DNA from: a virus
Lineage: Duplodnaviria; Caudoviricetes
DNA length: 37,685 bases
Strand: one strand, 5' to 3'
IMG/VR virus record: IMGVR_UViG_3300020045_009058
Coordinates: 1 to 37,685 of that record
Positions 17,217 to 26,827 of the stretch are shown piece by piece. Every line of letters starts with the position of its first letter. Within the stretch, counting starts at the first letter, position 1. The position numbers and the translations under genes were made by a program. Under the pieces are notes generated by a model. That model did not search any database and was not told the origin of the DNA. It was given only the letters and a program-made list of their open reading frames with translations.

Positions 17217-18716
17217 TTAAGACTTAGCGATGTTGGTGATGATTCCGAAAGCAGGCGGGAAGTAGTTCTGCAACACGCCATCCATATACACCCCGTACGT
17301 GTACTTCCGGGTCGTTACTGGCCAGTCCATGCTGTAGTAGTCTTTCCGCAACTTCATCTTCAGAGGATCGGCAACGCCGCTCAACGAGTAAGGCAACGAG
17401 CTAGAGAAGAACATAATCGTTCCGGCAGGCATGTTCGGGTGAACGATGATCTCGACGAAAGTATTCGTGATCTTGTTCAAGTACATACCAATCGAACCGC
17501 CGGCTACGAACTTGGTCGGGTCGCTGATATCAATCGTGAAATTGACAGCAGGGGCCGAGCCGCTCGACAGAACAACTTGAGCGATGGAAATCTTCTCTTG
17601 AGCCGACACGTACATCTTGTCAGGACTGAGGCGATAGTCTTGATAGAAAGATACGAAAGCATCTTCAATCTCGACAACACCACCAGCTCCGTCCGAGGTC
17701 AGGCCCGTGTTATTCGAAGCCAGCTTGGCAACGTACGAACCAGAACCAGGCTTCGAGATTTGCGTGAGCAAGCCATCGAAGTGCAGGCTATTGGTCGAGT
17801 GGTCACCGGCAACCAAGGTAGCAGCAGACTGAGTGCCAGCAGCTACAGCGTCGATCGTGACAGCGGACAACGAGGTCACAGCACCGAGGAACTCTGAACC
17901 AGCAGCACCCCAGAACCATGCGTAGCCGTAAGCATTGGTCACGGGCAGGATGCGGGCGGTAACAGCGCTTCCTGCGTCAACAACGATCGTCTCAGCAGCC
18001 GACTTCGCAGCCGAACCACCACCGAACGTGTCAACAGAGCCGTCAGCGTTCGTGCGGGTGACGAGCTGAGGAACGCGAGCGGTAGACAGCTTCAAACGCT
18101 GGCCTACTGATCCGTTGTTCAGTCCGAGCAACTGGGTAGCAGCGCGATGAGTCAGGGCGACGCAAACAACGCTCAGAGTCTGTGAACCAAGGGCACCAGC
18201 GCCAGCATCCGCGAGCACAGGGGTAGGAGTCGTGCCGAGCTGCACTGAAGCGTTTCCGCCGAGTATGATTTGCTCTTCACCGATCATCAACGAGCGCAAT
18301 GTGCCTTCGACGGCGCGGGCCTTGACGTCTTCATATCCCTTGGCGGCGTGATCGGCTTCGAAGGTTACAAAGTCTTCAGTTCCCAGCGTACGGAAAGCAG
18401 CGAAGTATTCCTTGGTCTCGGTATCGAGAGCAGCATTCCTGTTGCCTTCGCTGACGCCGACATCGACGTTCTGCACATTGATACCAGTAACAGCTTTCCA
18501 GTTTGCTTGCGAGCTGTAGCCAGTTACGTCGCGGGCAATCAAATTGCGCAGCGGGGTAAGGACCGGGTACAGAGTCTTGGCCGGGCCTTCGAGGTCATAA
18601 CCCTGCAGACCTTGAGTGGGCGTAGCATTCTGCACGAAACCTTTGCTGATCTCAGCGTCGGGAGTTGCGAGAGCGCTCTTGAGCAATTGCAGCGATTCAG
18701 TTGTATTCTTGGACAC
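17217..18716 (-). CDS. Major capsid protein (499 aa from GTG 18716; alternative ATG 18755)
   Basis: After protease/scaffold, own promoter and terminator; YDLEGPAKTLYPVLTPLRN, YTYGVYMDGVLQNYFPPAFGIITNI; GGAG RBS before GTG. Confidence 0.85.
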   Translation of the reverse strand: MSKNTTESLQLLKSALATPDAEISKGFVQNATPTQGLQGYDLEGPAKTLYPVLTPLRNLIARDVTGYSSQANWKAVTGINVQNVDVGVSEGNRNAALDTETKEYFAAFRTLGTEDFVTFEADHAAKGYEDVKARAVEGTLRSLMIGEEQIILGGNASVQLGTTPTPVLADAGAGALGSQTLSVVCVALTHRAATQLLGLNNGSVGQRLKLSTARVPQLVTRTNADGSVDTFGGGSAAKSAAETIVVDAGSAVTARILPVTNAYGYAWFWGAAGSEFLGAVTSLSAVTIDAVAAGTQSAATLVAGDHSTNSLHFDGLLTQISKPGSGSYVAKLASNNTGLTSDGAGGVVEIEDAFVSFYQDYRLSPDKMYVSAQEKISIAQVVLSSGSAPAVNFTIDISDPTKFVAGGSIGMYLNKITNTFVEIIVHPNMPAGTIMFFSSSLPYSLSGVADPLKMKLRKDYYSMDWPVTTRKYTYGVYMDGVLQNYFPPAFGIITNIAKS

Positions 18717-18761
18717 GTTAACTCCGATGAAAAGGGTTCGCCCTGTCTGGGGCATATGAGT

Positions 18762-18788
18762 ACTTTAACTCAAGTTTGAAAATGTCAA
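18762..18788 (-). promoter_or_regulatory. N15 promoter TTGACA-N15-TAAAGT (capsid)
   Basis: One of eight same-spacing sites. Confidence 0.65.
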
Positions 18789-18822
18789 GCGTTTGGCGGT
18801 ATTGCCAAACACCCGACTCTAT

Positions 18823-20040
18823 TTACCGCCCGATCACGAATCTGTTATTGGCCATCGCAGCTTTGATAAGCGTCGCGGTTTCATTAACAGTTCCGTCTGA
18901 TTTCTTGATTTCAGTTACTTCCCGCGCCGTAGATTCCGACTTCTCAACTACATGCAGCGCAGCCTTAGGTGCAACGGGCATCGCTTCCAATTCAGCAACT
19001 CTCGACTTCAACAAGTCGCGCTCTGCGGACACGGGAGCGAGGGCTTTGGCGATCTCTGAATCCACGTCAGCTTTAGAGATCATCTCGATAGCTTGAGCAA
19101 CTGGCGCATCGACCACGGCAGCCTTCGAGATGTCGTCAGCGCCGGCAGCCTTGCCGACTTCATCGGCGTCAGGCTCTGCGGCGGCCTCGTAGCCAAGTGA
19201 CTTCATGAGCTCATCGCACTTCTGAACCAGCCCGTGTAGCTCCGTAAGCTGGCCCTTGCTTGTCTTGCTGAACTTAGCGCCGGCTTTCTCAATGTCCGTT
19301 GCGCTAGCTGCCTTAGCTACAGCAAGTAATTCGCTAGCTTCCTCACCGGTCATTTCAACCAAGAGGTCGAGACCGGTGGCCAGCCATGCTTTGAGCGCCT
19401 CAGGCATCATCGAACCATCCTCTTCATACTCGGTCTCGTACTTGCACTCACTCTGCAGGTAGGCGATCGATTGAAGTATCGGAGCAAAGACTGCGACTGA
19501 ATACATACCTTTGCGAATGGGCGCGGCTGGCGTTTCGACAGCGGCTACGATCGTTTCTACTTGAGCAACGACTTCTTGAACTTCAACGGTGGGGCTGGTG
19601 GACATATCTGCTTTCCAAAGGGTTATGACTGCTTCCGAGTTAGCCGGGCGATCGACTAACGAGATTTCTCTGAGTTCTAGTTCGCTAATCGTGTTGCCTT
19701 GCTTCTTGAGAGCCTTGCCGCCGATGCTGAATCCCTTAAACACGCCGGCCTTGGCTTTCTTGACGCTGTTCGCATCAACGATTAGTGCTTCGATTATTGT
19801 CTGGCCCTCAGCATTTACAATAGCGCTCTTGATAATGCCGGCAGCGATAGGCTGGTGCATCTCACGTAATGGTCCGGTACCGCCCTGGGACATGAAGCCC
19901 GGGATAGCGTCCGCCATCGCTTTGGCGGTAATGATGTCGCCTTGAGAGTCAAGCGATGCAGTTGATGCGATGCCAATAGCCGTAATCGTGCCATCGTCGT
20001 TATCAACTGACTTTGTAATGTCGAAATAGATGTTGTTCAT
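18823..20040 (-). CDS. Prohead protease fused to scaffold-like domain (405 aa)
   Basis: GIAST..LDSQGDII, PLREMHQPIAAG, FKGFSIGG, EISLVDRPAN; acidic Ala-rich tail. Confidence 0.88.
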   Translation of the reverse strand: MNNIYFDITKSVDNDDGTITAIGIASTASLDSQGDIITAKAMADAIPGFMSQGGTGPLREMHQPIAAGIIKSAIVNAEGQTIIEALIVDANSVKKAKAGVFKGFSIGGKALKKQGNTISELELREISLVDRPANSEAVITLWKADMSTSPTVEVQEVVAQVETIVAAVETPAAPIRKGMYSVAVFAPILQSIAYLQSECKYETEYEEDGSMMPEALKAWLATGLDLLVEMTGEEASELLAVAKAASATDIEKAGAKFSKTSKGQLTELHGLVQKCDELMKSLGYEAAAEPDADEVGKAAGADDISKAAVVDAPVAQAIEMISKADVDSEIAKALAPVSAERDLLKSRVAELEAMPVAPKAALHVVEKSESTAREVTEIKKSDGTVNETATLIKAAMANNRFVIGR

Positions 20041-20053
20041 TTTGTTCTCACTC

Positions 20054-20770
20054 TCAAACTGGTAGTACGTCGCATCTGCAATTAGGATGCTGAGGCGGTT
20101 GAGTCGCGCCGGATGGGAATGATTCGCCGATCGCACGAATCTCACGATCATTCGCCAGGCATAGATCGCTTACTTTGTCGTCTTCAGCCGTTACCCATTC
20201 GAGCTTCTCAACGCCGGCTTCTATATATAGTGAGACGTTACCTTCGACATCTGCGGCAGCGGTTTCAGTTCTAGCGATAACATCCGCGCGCTCACGGGAG
20301 AACAGATAGCTCTCTGAAAGCTCTTTAGACAGCCGATCGTTACTCCAACCGTCTTGCTCAGCCATGGCGATCAAATCAGCGATGCCGGCACGCGTGGTCT
20401 CTGCAATCGATACGTCGCCGTCGAGCCTGATCAGGCGCCCGCCACGCTCTTTTGCGTACTTGACTGCGCGCTCGTTTGCTTGACTGAGAACATCGCTCGC
20501 ATCGACTCCAATCTGTGCCGCCGCGCTAGCTACAGCGTTCAGTGAGATAGCTTCAATGAGCCCGCCAAAGGTATCGAATAGGTCGTCGTTGAACACCTGT
20601 TTTACGATGCTTTTTGCGCGCTTGTCTGCCGACGTATCAGCCTTCACTAACGAGCTGGTGGCCAGCACCTTGCACTCCTTGAGAGCCGCCAGGACAGCGC
20701 GGCGAATAGCCATGCGCGAACGCACAGCGGCTGCCCGATTGCGAACGATTGGCTTAGCTGCGCGGGACAT
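20054..20770 (-). CDS. Minor head protein, Mu F / SPP1 gp7 family
   Basis: RADVIARTET, LEWVTAEDDKVSDLC, PPQHPNCRC. Confidence 0.88.
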   Translation of the reverse strand: MSRAAKPIVRNRAAAVRSRMAIRRAVLAALKECKVLATSSLVKADTSADKRAKSIVKQVFNDDLFDTFGGLIEAISLNAVASAAAQIGVDASDVLSQANERAVKYAKERGGRLIRLDGDVSIAETTRAGIADLIAMAEQDGWSNDRLSKELSESYLFSRERADVIARTETAAADVEGNVSLYIEAGVEKLEWVTAEDDKVSDLCLANDREIRAIGESFPSGATQPPQHPNCRCDVLPV

Positions 20771-22214
20771 GAATGGTCACCGGGGCGATGTCAACGACGA
20801 TCTCGGGCATGCGGATCTCGGGCATCTGTAGCGTGATCGCAGGTTTGAAAGCCTTGGCCAGCTTCTCCGTGTCTGCGGATCCACTGAAGCCGAACCCACC
20901 TGCTGGCGCGGGCTTCATGGCTGCCAGGCGCTCATCGTCTAAGGCTTCGAGTCCGAGGGCCTCCCTGACTTCATTCGCTTCCATGACGCCGGCGTTCACG
21001 TACGCAACGAACGTGCGAGCTTGAGCTTCAGGGTCTACGATCTCTTCAGTCTTGAATGTGAACTCGATATCTGTGTAGCCGAAATAGCGCATTAAGATAT
21101 CGTTTATGAGCTCAGTGACCCAATTCATGCTGGGTAACAAGCCCTCTTCTTTGGCCGCTTGGTGAGCTGTGCCAGCCGTGCCTTTATTGGTTTGCTTGAT
21201 GAAAGCTGAAGGGTCAAGGCTGAACGCGTAGCAGACGATGCGGGCTATCCACTCGTCGAACTCACCTTTCAAAACTTCAGTCTTTGTCGGTGTGTAGCTC
21301 GACCCGTTCGGGACCATCCGCATCTTCGAGCGCTCAGATGAGTTACCACTGAGCAGCGCATCCCAATGCCGCTGAAATTTGAAGATTGTTTCGCTATCCC
21401 AGTCGGCGGGCAGCGCAAGCAATGATTCGGGAACCGAGCCCGATGTGAAGTGCTCAAGCTGTGCGGTCTCGCGGCGAATACCGATGTTGACGATGGCCAC
21501 GATCTGCTCAACAGGGCTGTAGCCGTAGAGCTTGTGCGTGCGCGGGTTGCGCGGCATGTACAGCAGCTCATCAGCGCTGTAATCGACGGCAGGCAGGCCC
21601 TTAAGCACTTGTTGATACGCTGGCTCAGGCGGCATCGGTGCTCGGCCCGTTGAGTCGATCACGCGCTTGATAGTGGCGCCGTCGATAGGCTCAAGGGAGT
21701 AGAGCTGGCCGCCCCTGGTTAGCCGTGGATAGACCGTAGCGGCATCTATCACGATCATATCTTCTAGCACCATCCGCAACCATTGTGACCACGTGTGTTG
21801 CTTGTCGGGACGATGGAAGAAGGCAGCTAGCTCTTGTATGCGTGCGTCATCGGCCTTCGCTTTCTTGTCTTTCATGCGGAAGCCGAATGGGATAGCGCAT
21901 ATCTGATCTTTGCGCGTCTCGATAACCAAGCGCAGTAGATCGTAGCCATCGGCAAGGGCTCGCATGTCAGCGAATGAGACAGCTTCTTGAGCACGCGGGC
22001 GGGTCTGAGTATTGATCGCTATCGGGAAGTCATACCTTCGACCCACAGCGCCTTGAGATTCATTCTGAGCTTGAGGGGCGAGCGTTGCGCCAGGCGAGAA
22101 GAATACTCCAGCCTGCCCAGCCGTGGGCTTACCTGAGATAGCGTAGCGCACACCAGCGCTCACACGGGCGAGGATTCCGGGCTCAATGGCGGTCTTGGTG
22201 GGCTTTGATGACAT
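20754..22214 (-). CDS. Portal protein
   Basis: LLRLVIETRKDQ, YGYSPVEQ, DEWIARIVCYAFS, NEVREALGL. Confidence 0.92.
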   Translation of the reverse strand: MSSKPTKTAIEPGILARVSAGVRYAISGKPTAGQAGVFFSPGATLAPQAQNESQGAVGRRYDFPIAINTQTRPRAQEAVSFADMRALADGYDLLRLVIETRKDQICAIPFGFRMKDKKAKADDARIQELAAFFHRPDKQHTWSQWLRMVLEDMIVIDAATVYPRLTRGGQLYSLEPIDGATIKRVIDSTGRAPMPPEPAYQQVLKGLPAVDYSADELLYMPRNPRTHKLYGYSPVEQIVAIVNIGIRRETAQLEHFTSGSVPESLLALPADWDSETIFKFQRHWDALLSGNSSERSKMRMVPNGSSYTPTKTEVLKGEFDEWIARIVCYAFSLDPSAFIKQTNKGTAGTAHQAAKEEGLLPSMNWVTELINDILMRYFGYTDIEFTFKTEEIVDPEAQARTFVAYVNAGVMEANEVREALGLEALDDERLAAMKPAPAGGFGFSGSADTEKLAKAFKPAITLQMPEIRMPEIVVDIAPVTIHVPRS

Positions 22215-22220
22215 ACAGCA

Positions 22221-22247
22221 ATGATACTAGACTATCTAGAATGTCAA
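22221..22247 (-). promoter_or_regulatory. N15 promoter TTGACA-N15-TATCAT (portal)
   Basis: Predicted +1 coincides with the portal ATG. Confidence 0.7.
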
Positions 22248-22271
22248 GCGTGAGCATCTAGATAGCGTGGT

Positions 22272-22581
22272 GTAACCGCCAGCCCCGATGTAACTTTGGG
22301 GTTACGACATCGGTTACACCACTAAGTCATTGATTCATATAGCTTTTTCTCTCTTTATATATATATTGTAACTTTGTAACCATAAATAATAATAGAGCTA
22401 TACGCGCGATCTCTCTGGACTAGTGAGTAGGTAGGCTTGCGTATGTTCTTGTATAAATACAACTTCGTCTTTCGTTTTGCGGTTACAAAGTTACAAACTC
22501 CATTTTATCGTTATAAATCAACGACTTAGCGCGTAACCAAGGGCGTTATTTTTCGGTTACAGAGCCTCTTGCGCCGGTTAC
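22272..22581. repeat. Iteron/IHF element copy A (origin-like)
   Basis: 11 GTAAC/GTTAC boxes, inverted IHF sites at 22323 and 22516, AT-rich tract, perfect 15-bp inverted repeat TGTAACTTTGTAACC/GGTTACAAAGTTACA. Confidence 0.8.
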
Positions 22582-22738
22582 AAACCCCTGAATGGCGCCT
22601 GTTTCGTTGCGCGTGAGCAACACTTTCAGGCGTGACGCTCGTAACCCTCGGCCCGATTCCTGGCCATCAACTCCGACCGCCAGCCGCACCGAAACGCGTT
22701 TTGAGATCGGGCTTCAGTGTGTCAAACTGAGTAACTGA

Positions 22739-22754
22739 GCTATCCAGAGATAGC
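22739..22754. promoter_or_regulatory. Operator-like palindrome GCTATC-CAGA-GATAGC
   Basis: Exact motif copy 20 bp upstream of AAA gene. Confidence 0.7.
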
Positions 22755-22773
22755 GCAACGTTACAGGAATGAC

Positions 22774-24114
22774 ATGAAAACAGTCGCAAGGGATGCGGAT
22801 CGGTCTGATGCGGGCCATGAAATCACCCGAATCGAGGGGTCCGAGGCGCCTCAAGGTTACGGCTACCTGACCGCGTTCAACGCTGATTCCATCGGATTCG
22901 ACGATCGCCGGAAGATCCTGTTGCCCGTCAAGATGGCGCGCGAACTGACCCGGGCGCGTCGCGTGTTGGATGCGCACTCGCATGACTTCGAGTTCGAGCA
23001 CGCGATGGTCGTCTTGACCGATGCTGGCCGGCGTTTCGTCGATGTGATTCGCAAGCGCGATGATAAGAACGCGCTCAAAGTATCGCTGGAAGCCAAAGCC
23101 GCTGAAGCCAAGACGCTGTCGCTCGCACCTAAGCCGGCTGCCCCTGCCGAAACAGCGCCTGAGCCCGCCCTACCCGCGCGCAAGGGCTTCTATGGCGCAG
23201 AGATCAAAGTGATCGATCTCGACCGGGTCAATGAAGATCTCAAGGTCGCAAAGTCGGAGCAAAAGCCGATCCTGAAAGCGATCCTTGAGCGCTCGTACAA
23301 CCGCCCCTGCTACCCGCGCGAGGGATGGCAAGGCGACTTGGAACAGATGGCCATCGACATGCCTGCATTCGCTGCGGTGATCGAAATCATCGCGGGCCGC
23401 TGCCAGATCTCTGAGTCGCGCTATGCCCCGCTGTACATCCCGCCGATCTTGCTTGTGGGCATGCCTGGCGTCGGCAAGACCCACTTCGCGACCGCATTGG
23501 CTGAGGCGTTGGGGACTACCAAGTTCGTTATGGCTATGGAGAACGCGCAGACGAACAGCACGCTCACAGGTAGTGATAAGCACTGGTCAAACACATCCCC
23601 TGGCGCCCTGTTCAACCTCATCGTGCTAGGCAATACAGCGTGTCCGGTCGTTGTTCTAGATGAGATCGACAAGGTTCCGACTCGGCAGCATCAATACAAC
23701 CCGGTAACCGCGCTGCACTCCGCACTCGAACCGGTGAGCGCCAAGGAACTGCGCGATGGCTGCGTTGATGTAGTGTTCGATGCGTCGCACGTGATCTACA
23801 TCGCGACTGCGAACAAGTTGTCAGGCCTCGAAGGCAGTCTGCTTTCGCGCTTCGAGATCCACCACATCAAGGATCCAGACACCCGGCAGAAAGTGCACAT
23901 CGCGCGACTGATCTATGACGCTGAGTGTGATGAGATGGGCATTCCTACTCATAACACCCCTGGCGCTGGCGTGATTGCACAGCTAGCAATGCTCGATAGC
24001 CCGCGATCGATCAAGCGTGTGCTGAAGCTAGCGTTCGCCAGGGCGGCTTTGGCTGGCCGCATCCAGGTCGAGCTGCGGGATCTATCGAAACAAGCGATCA
24101 GCCAAACGCACTGA
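22774..24114 (+). CDS. Lon-like AAA+ ATPase lacking the protease domain
   Basis: Walker A GMPGVGKT, Walker B CPVVVLDEIDK, IATAN sensor 1, LLSRF Arg finger; ends right after the AAA lid; AGGA RBS. Confidence 0.88.
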   Translation: MKTVARDADRSDAGHEITRIEGSEAPQGYGYLTAFNADSIGFDDRRKILLPVKMARELTRARRVLDAHSHDFEFEHAMVVLTDAGRRFVDVIRKRDDKNALKVSLEAKAAEAKTLSLAPKPAAPAETAPEPALPARKGFYGAEIKVIDLDRVNEDLKVAKSEQKPILKAILERSYNRPCYPREGWQGDLEQMAIDMPAFAAVIEIIAGRCQISESRYAPLYIPPILLVGMPGVGKTHFATALAEALGTTKFVMAMENAQTNSTLTGSDKHWSNTSPGALFNLIVLGNTACPVVVLDEIDKVPTRQHQYNPVTALHSALEPVSAKELRDGCVDVVFDASHVIYIATANKLSGLEGSLLSRFEIHHIKDPDTRQKVHIARLIYDAECDEMGIPTHNTPGAGVIAQLAMLDSPRSIKRVLKLAFARAALAGRIQVELRDLSKQAISQTH

Positions 24115-25666
24115 AATCCGTAGGTTGTTTGGCCGGCTTAGGCTGGCCACCCGCCGCAGCTTTCGCATTCATCTCATCAACTTGCGCTTCGAGATAGTCT
24201 ATGAACCCGTCATTTGTGGTGATGTACATAGCGAAAGCACCCGCCAGTGCGTCGGCATCGTCGTCATGGGGCGCATCTGGGAAGCCTTCTAACGTCTTGA
24301 ACACTTCTTCATTCCAGTGGCCGCGAAGGAATTTGACGTTGCCGGCAGCGCATTGAGAGCTGACCGGCCCGAACCGCGTCACTTTATCGCCGCGCTCGCC
24401 CTTGGTTTTAACAGTGAAGCCTTCGAGCTGGCGCACGAAATACTGAGCTTGCGACTTACCAGCCTGCCCGGGGTCTTGCGGCAAGCCTATTTTGCAGTCA
24501 ACGCTGTCAGATTTCGCAGTGTTGATGATCGCCTGCTCTACTTTGAGCGGCCCTTCGCGCAGCCTTCGAGCATCGACAACATAGTAAATCTTAGTGCGCA
24601 TGTCTTTTAGTAGCTTGATGCCTACAGTCCAGTCAGGATCGTTTGAATCAAGCTTCTCAGTTGATGCCAGGTCCCAATATCTGACTATCTTGCAGCCGGC
24701 AGGCACGGCATCAACGATCTCGCACCATTCGCGTTGGAAATAGAGGCCAGCCGCTGGTCTGATCTTCCAGTTACCACCAAGGAGTCTCGCCTGCTCAACG
24801 TAATCGAGCGCGCGGAGGTTCGCCAGGTAGCCAGGGTCGTTCTTCAACAGGAATACGTTGTCAAAGATCGTCGCTTTAACAAACGTGATCGATTTAGGCT
24901 TGATCTGCTCCACGTGATCATCATCTAAGCCCAGAATCCTGTGCGCGTCTAGCAGCTCTTGCTTTGAGTCACCCCAAATCAGCTTGCCATTGATGCGAAT
25001 GAACCATCTAAGCACGCCTGAGCGGTCGTCAATTGGGATTCCGGTCTCTTGATCTATCCACCACGCGATAAAGCCGGCAACCCACGAGTCAGCATCCGGG
25101 TTGCATGTCGCGCGAATACGCTTCTTGCCTTGCCACATCGACCGATTGCGCGACATCAAGAAAAAGAATTGCGACTCAGTGAAGTGCGTCAGCTCGTCGA
25201 AACAGACCAGCGGGATCTCAGCGCCAGCCCAATCTACTTTGTTCTTCTCATGTTCCAGGTGCGCAAACTTGATCTTGCCGCCACCAGGCCATGCGATTTC
25301 CAAGTCTGTTTGATTAGACTTAGTGCCGAGCCCTTCATACATCTTGCTTGCAGCGTCCCACAGCGACCCTGGATTCGTGATCTGCTTAGTAGTGCGTCGA
25401 AATACTACTGCTGCAAATTCAGGATCTGAGACATCCTTTGCGCACTCGGTTAGTAGCGCGAACGACTTACCAGAGCCGGCAGAGCCTCCATAGATGCAGA
25501 TGTCAGCCTCAGTGTCGCGGAACATCCGCTGAGGCTTCGAGTATTCAGCATTGGCGAACGGGTCAGTTATCTCGCTCGCAGACAAGATGGCCAGCTCTTC
25601 GCGCTCTTCAGCGTTCAGATACGGCCACAGCTCCGCGATCGCAGCCGCGCTATACGTCAGTGACAT
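24098..25666 (-). CDS. terL: Terminase large subunit (522 aa)
   Basis: YGGSAGSGKS, LVCFDELTHF, RATCNP, RYWDLAST, FPDAPHDDDADA. Confidence 0.95.
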   Translation of the reverse strand: MSLTYSAAAIAELWPYLNAEEREELAILSASEITDPFANAEYSKPQRMFRDTEADICIYGGSAGSGKSFALLTECAKDVSDPEFAAVVFRRTTKQITNPGSLWDAASKMYEGLGTKSNQTDLEIAWPGGGKIKFAHLEHEKNKVDWAGAEIPLVCFDELTHFTESQFFFLMSRNRSMWQGKKRIRATCNPDADSWVAGFIAWWIDQETGIPIDDRSGVLRWFIRINGKLIWGDSKQELLDAHRILGLDDDHVEQIKPKSITFVKATIFDNVFLLKNDPGYLANLRALDYVEQARLLGGNWKIRPAAGLYFQREWCEIVDAVPAGCKIVRYWDLASTEKLDSNDPDWTVGIKLLKDMRTKIYYVVDARRLREGPLKVEQAIINTAKSDSVDCKIGLPQDPGQAGKSQAQYFVRQLEGFTVKTKGERGDKVTRFGPVSSQCAAGNVKFLRGHWNEEVFKTLEGFPDAPHDDDADALAGAFAMYITTNDGFIDYLEAQVDEMNAKAAAGGQPKPAKQPTDFSAFG

Positions 25667-26198
25667 CACCTGCATCCGTCGCACCAGCCGCCCTCTGCCT
25701 CAAGCTGGCCCGATGAAGTAGCGCCGCGATCTTTGCAGCTTTGTCGCCGACGCTCATTGATACGTCATCAACTTGAATAGCCCCGCCATTCGCACCAGTC
25801 GTCTCCACACGCGATGTTTCCCGCAAGCCGACAACTGTCTTAGCTAGAAAGATTGCAGCCGTCAGCGACGTTTTCTCTTCGCCATGAAAGGCGTGCGAGT
25901 ACAGCGTCTGCATGATCTTGTCGTTCGTGAGTATCCTGCCGCGCGCAATTTCGTCTTCAAAGTTCTTCTTTAGCGTGTCAACGCTAATAGGCTTACCGGT
26001 AATAGGGTTAATAATCCCGGTTGCTAGCTGCTTTTGCGTGAGCCCGATGGCGCACGAACGCTTGACGAATTCGCGATCTTCTGGCGTGGGGTGAAACGTT
26101 ACGTCACCGGTCCCGCTTTCGTTCAACGGTACGATGTGAGCTAGCGCGACGCTGATACCACGGGCAGCGTTCTTTTGTTTTGATGTGCGTCTAGCCAT
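25650..26198 (-). CDS. terS: Terminase small subunit
   Basis: Overlaps terL start; HTH-like TQKQLA...ISVDTLKKNF, AAIFLAKT, VETTGANGGAIQV. Confidence 0.85.
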   Translation of the reverse strand: MARRTSKQKNAARGISVALAHIVPLNESGTGDVTFHPTPEDREFVKRSCAIGLTQKQLATGIINPITGKPISVDTLKKNFEDEIARGRILTNDKIMQTLYSHAFHGEEKTSLTAAIFLAKTVVGLRETSRVETTGANGGAIQVDDVSMSVGDKAAKIAALLHRASLRQRAAGATDAGDVTDV

Positions 26199-26309
26199 TT
26201 GTTATCCAATAAATGACCGCCAAGGCCGCAAGCAGCGCAAGCGAAAGTGGTATTAGCATGCCGTTTTAACTATTTGTGTGGCCTGAAATACTACATTTCA
26301 GATACATAT

Positions 26310-26336
26310 AGTTTACATGAGATATCGTGTTGTCAA
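26310..26336 (-). promoter_or_regulatory. N15 promoter TTGACA-N15-TAAACT (terminase)
   Basis: One of eight same-spacing sites. Confidence 0.65.
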
Positions 26337-26379
26337 GTTTGTTAGCAGAACACGATAGCTTGATGTACACTTGTCTTAA

Positions 26380-26395
26380 GCTATCGACTGATAGC
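26380..26395. promoter_or_regulatory. Operator-like palindrome GCTATC-GACT-GATAGC
   Basis: Exact motif copy 23 bp upstream of 26418. Confidence 0.7.
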
Positions 26396-26417
26396 GCATC
26401 TCACCAAGGAAAGCAAC

Positions 26418-26774
26418 ATGTCAAACACACCAGGATTACTTGTTGGACCCGCCTCTCAAGCCATGGGCCTCGATGTCAAAGAAGTCGCCGTCATCCTCGG
26501 CGTCACGTGCAATGAAGTGACGTCGATGGTCACCGGCCACTCTGACATCAACTTTGGGAGCGACCTGGGAAAGCGTTGCCGCGCGTTCCTCGACCTCTCA
26601 AGCGCCCTGAGCAGCAATGCTGGCTTCATCCCAGCTTGGAAGTTCGTGCGCTTGCATGAGACCGGGCTCAACGGGATCCCAGTAGAGATCATGAAGACCC
26701 CAGGCGGCATTGAGCGTGTGCTTGCGCATCAGATTCATAGCGCAAACGTTCGATCATCGTTCAAGTTCAACTAA
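26418..26774 (+). CDS. Xre/MbcA/ParS (DUF2384)-like antitoxin
   Basis: N-terminal HTH MGLDVKEVAVILGVTCNEVTSM; C-terminal GLNGIPVEIMKTPGGIERVL pattern; AAGGA RBS. Confidence 0.7.
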   Translation: MSNTPGLLVGPASQAMGLDVKEVAVILGVTCNEVTSMVTGHSDINFGSDLGKRCRAFLDLSSALSSNAGFIPAWKFVRLHETGLNGIPVEIMKTPGGIERVLAHQIHSANVRSSFKFN

Positions 26775-26796
26775 GCCACTTCTTTCGCAACAACTA

Positions 26797-26812
26797 TCTA
26801 TCGTTTGATAGC
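26797..26812. promoter_or_regulatory. Operator-like palindrome TCTATC-GTTT-GATAGC
   Basis: 11/12 match, 16 bp upstream of 26828. Confidence 0.6.
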
Positions 26813-26827
26813 TAGTTAGGAAACATC

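Noticed and set aside
22272-22646. CRISPR array or mini-array
   Set aside because: Repeats are 5-6 bp in both orientations with irregular spacing; no cas genes.
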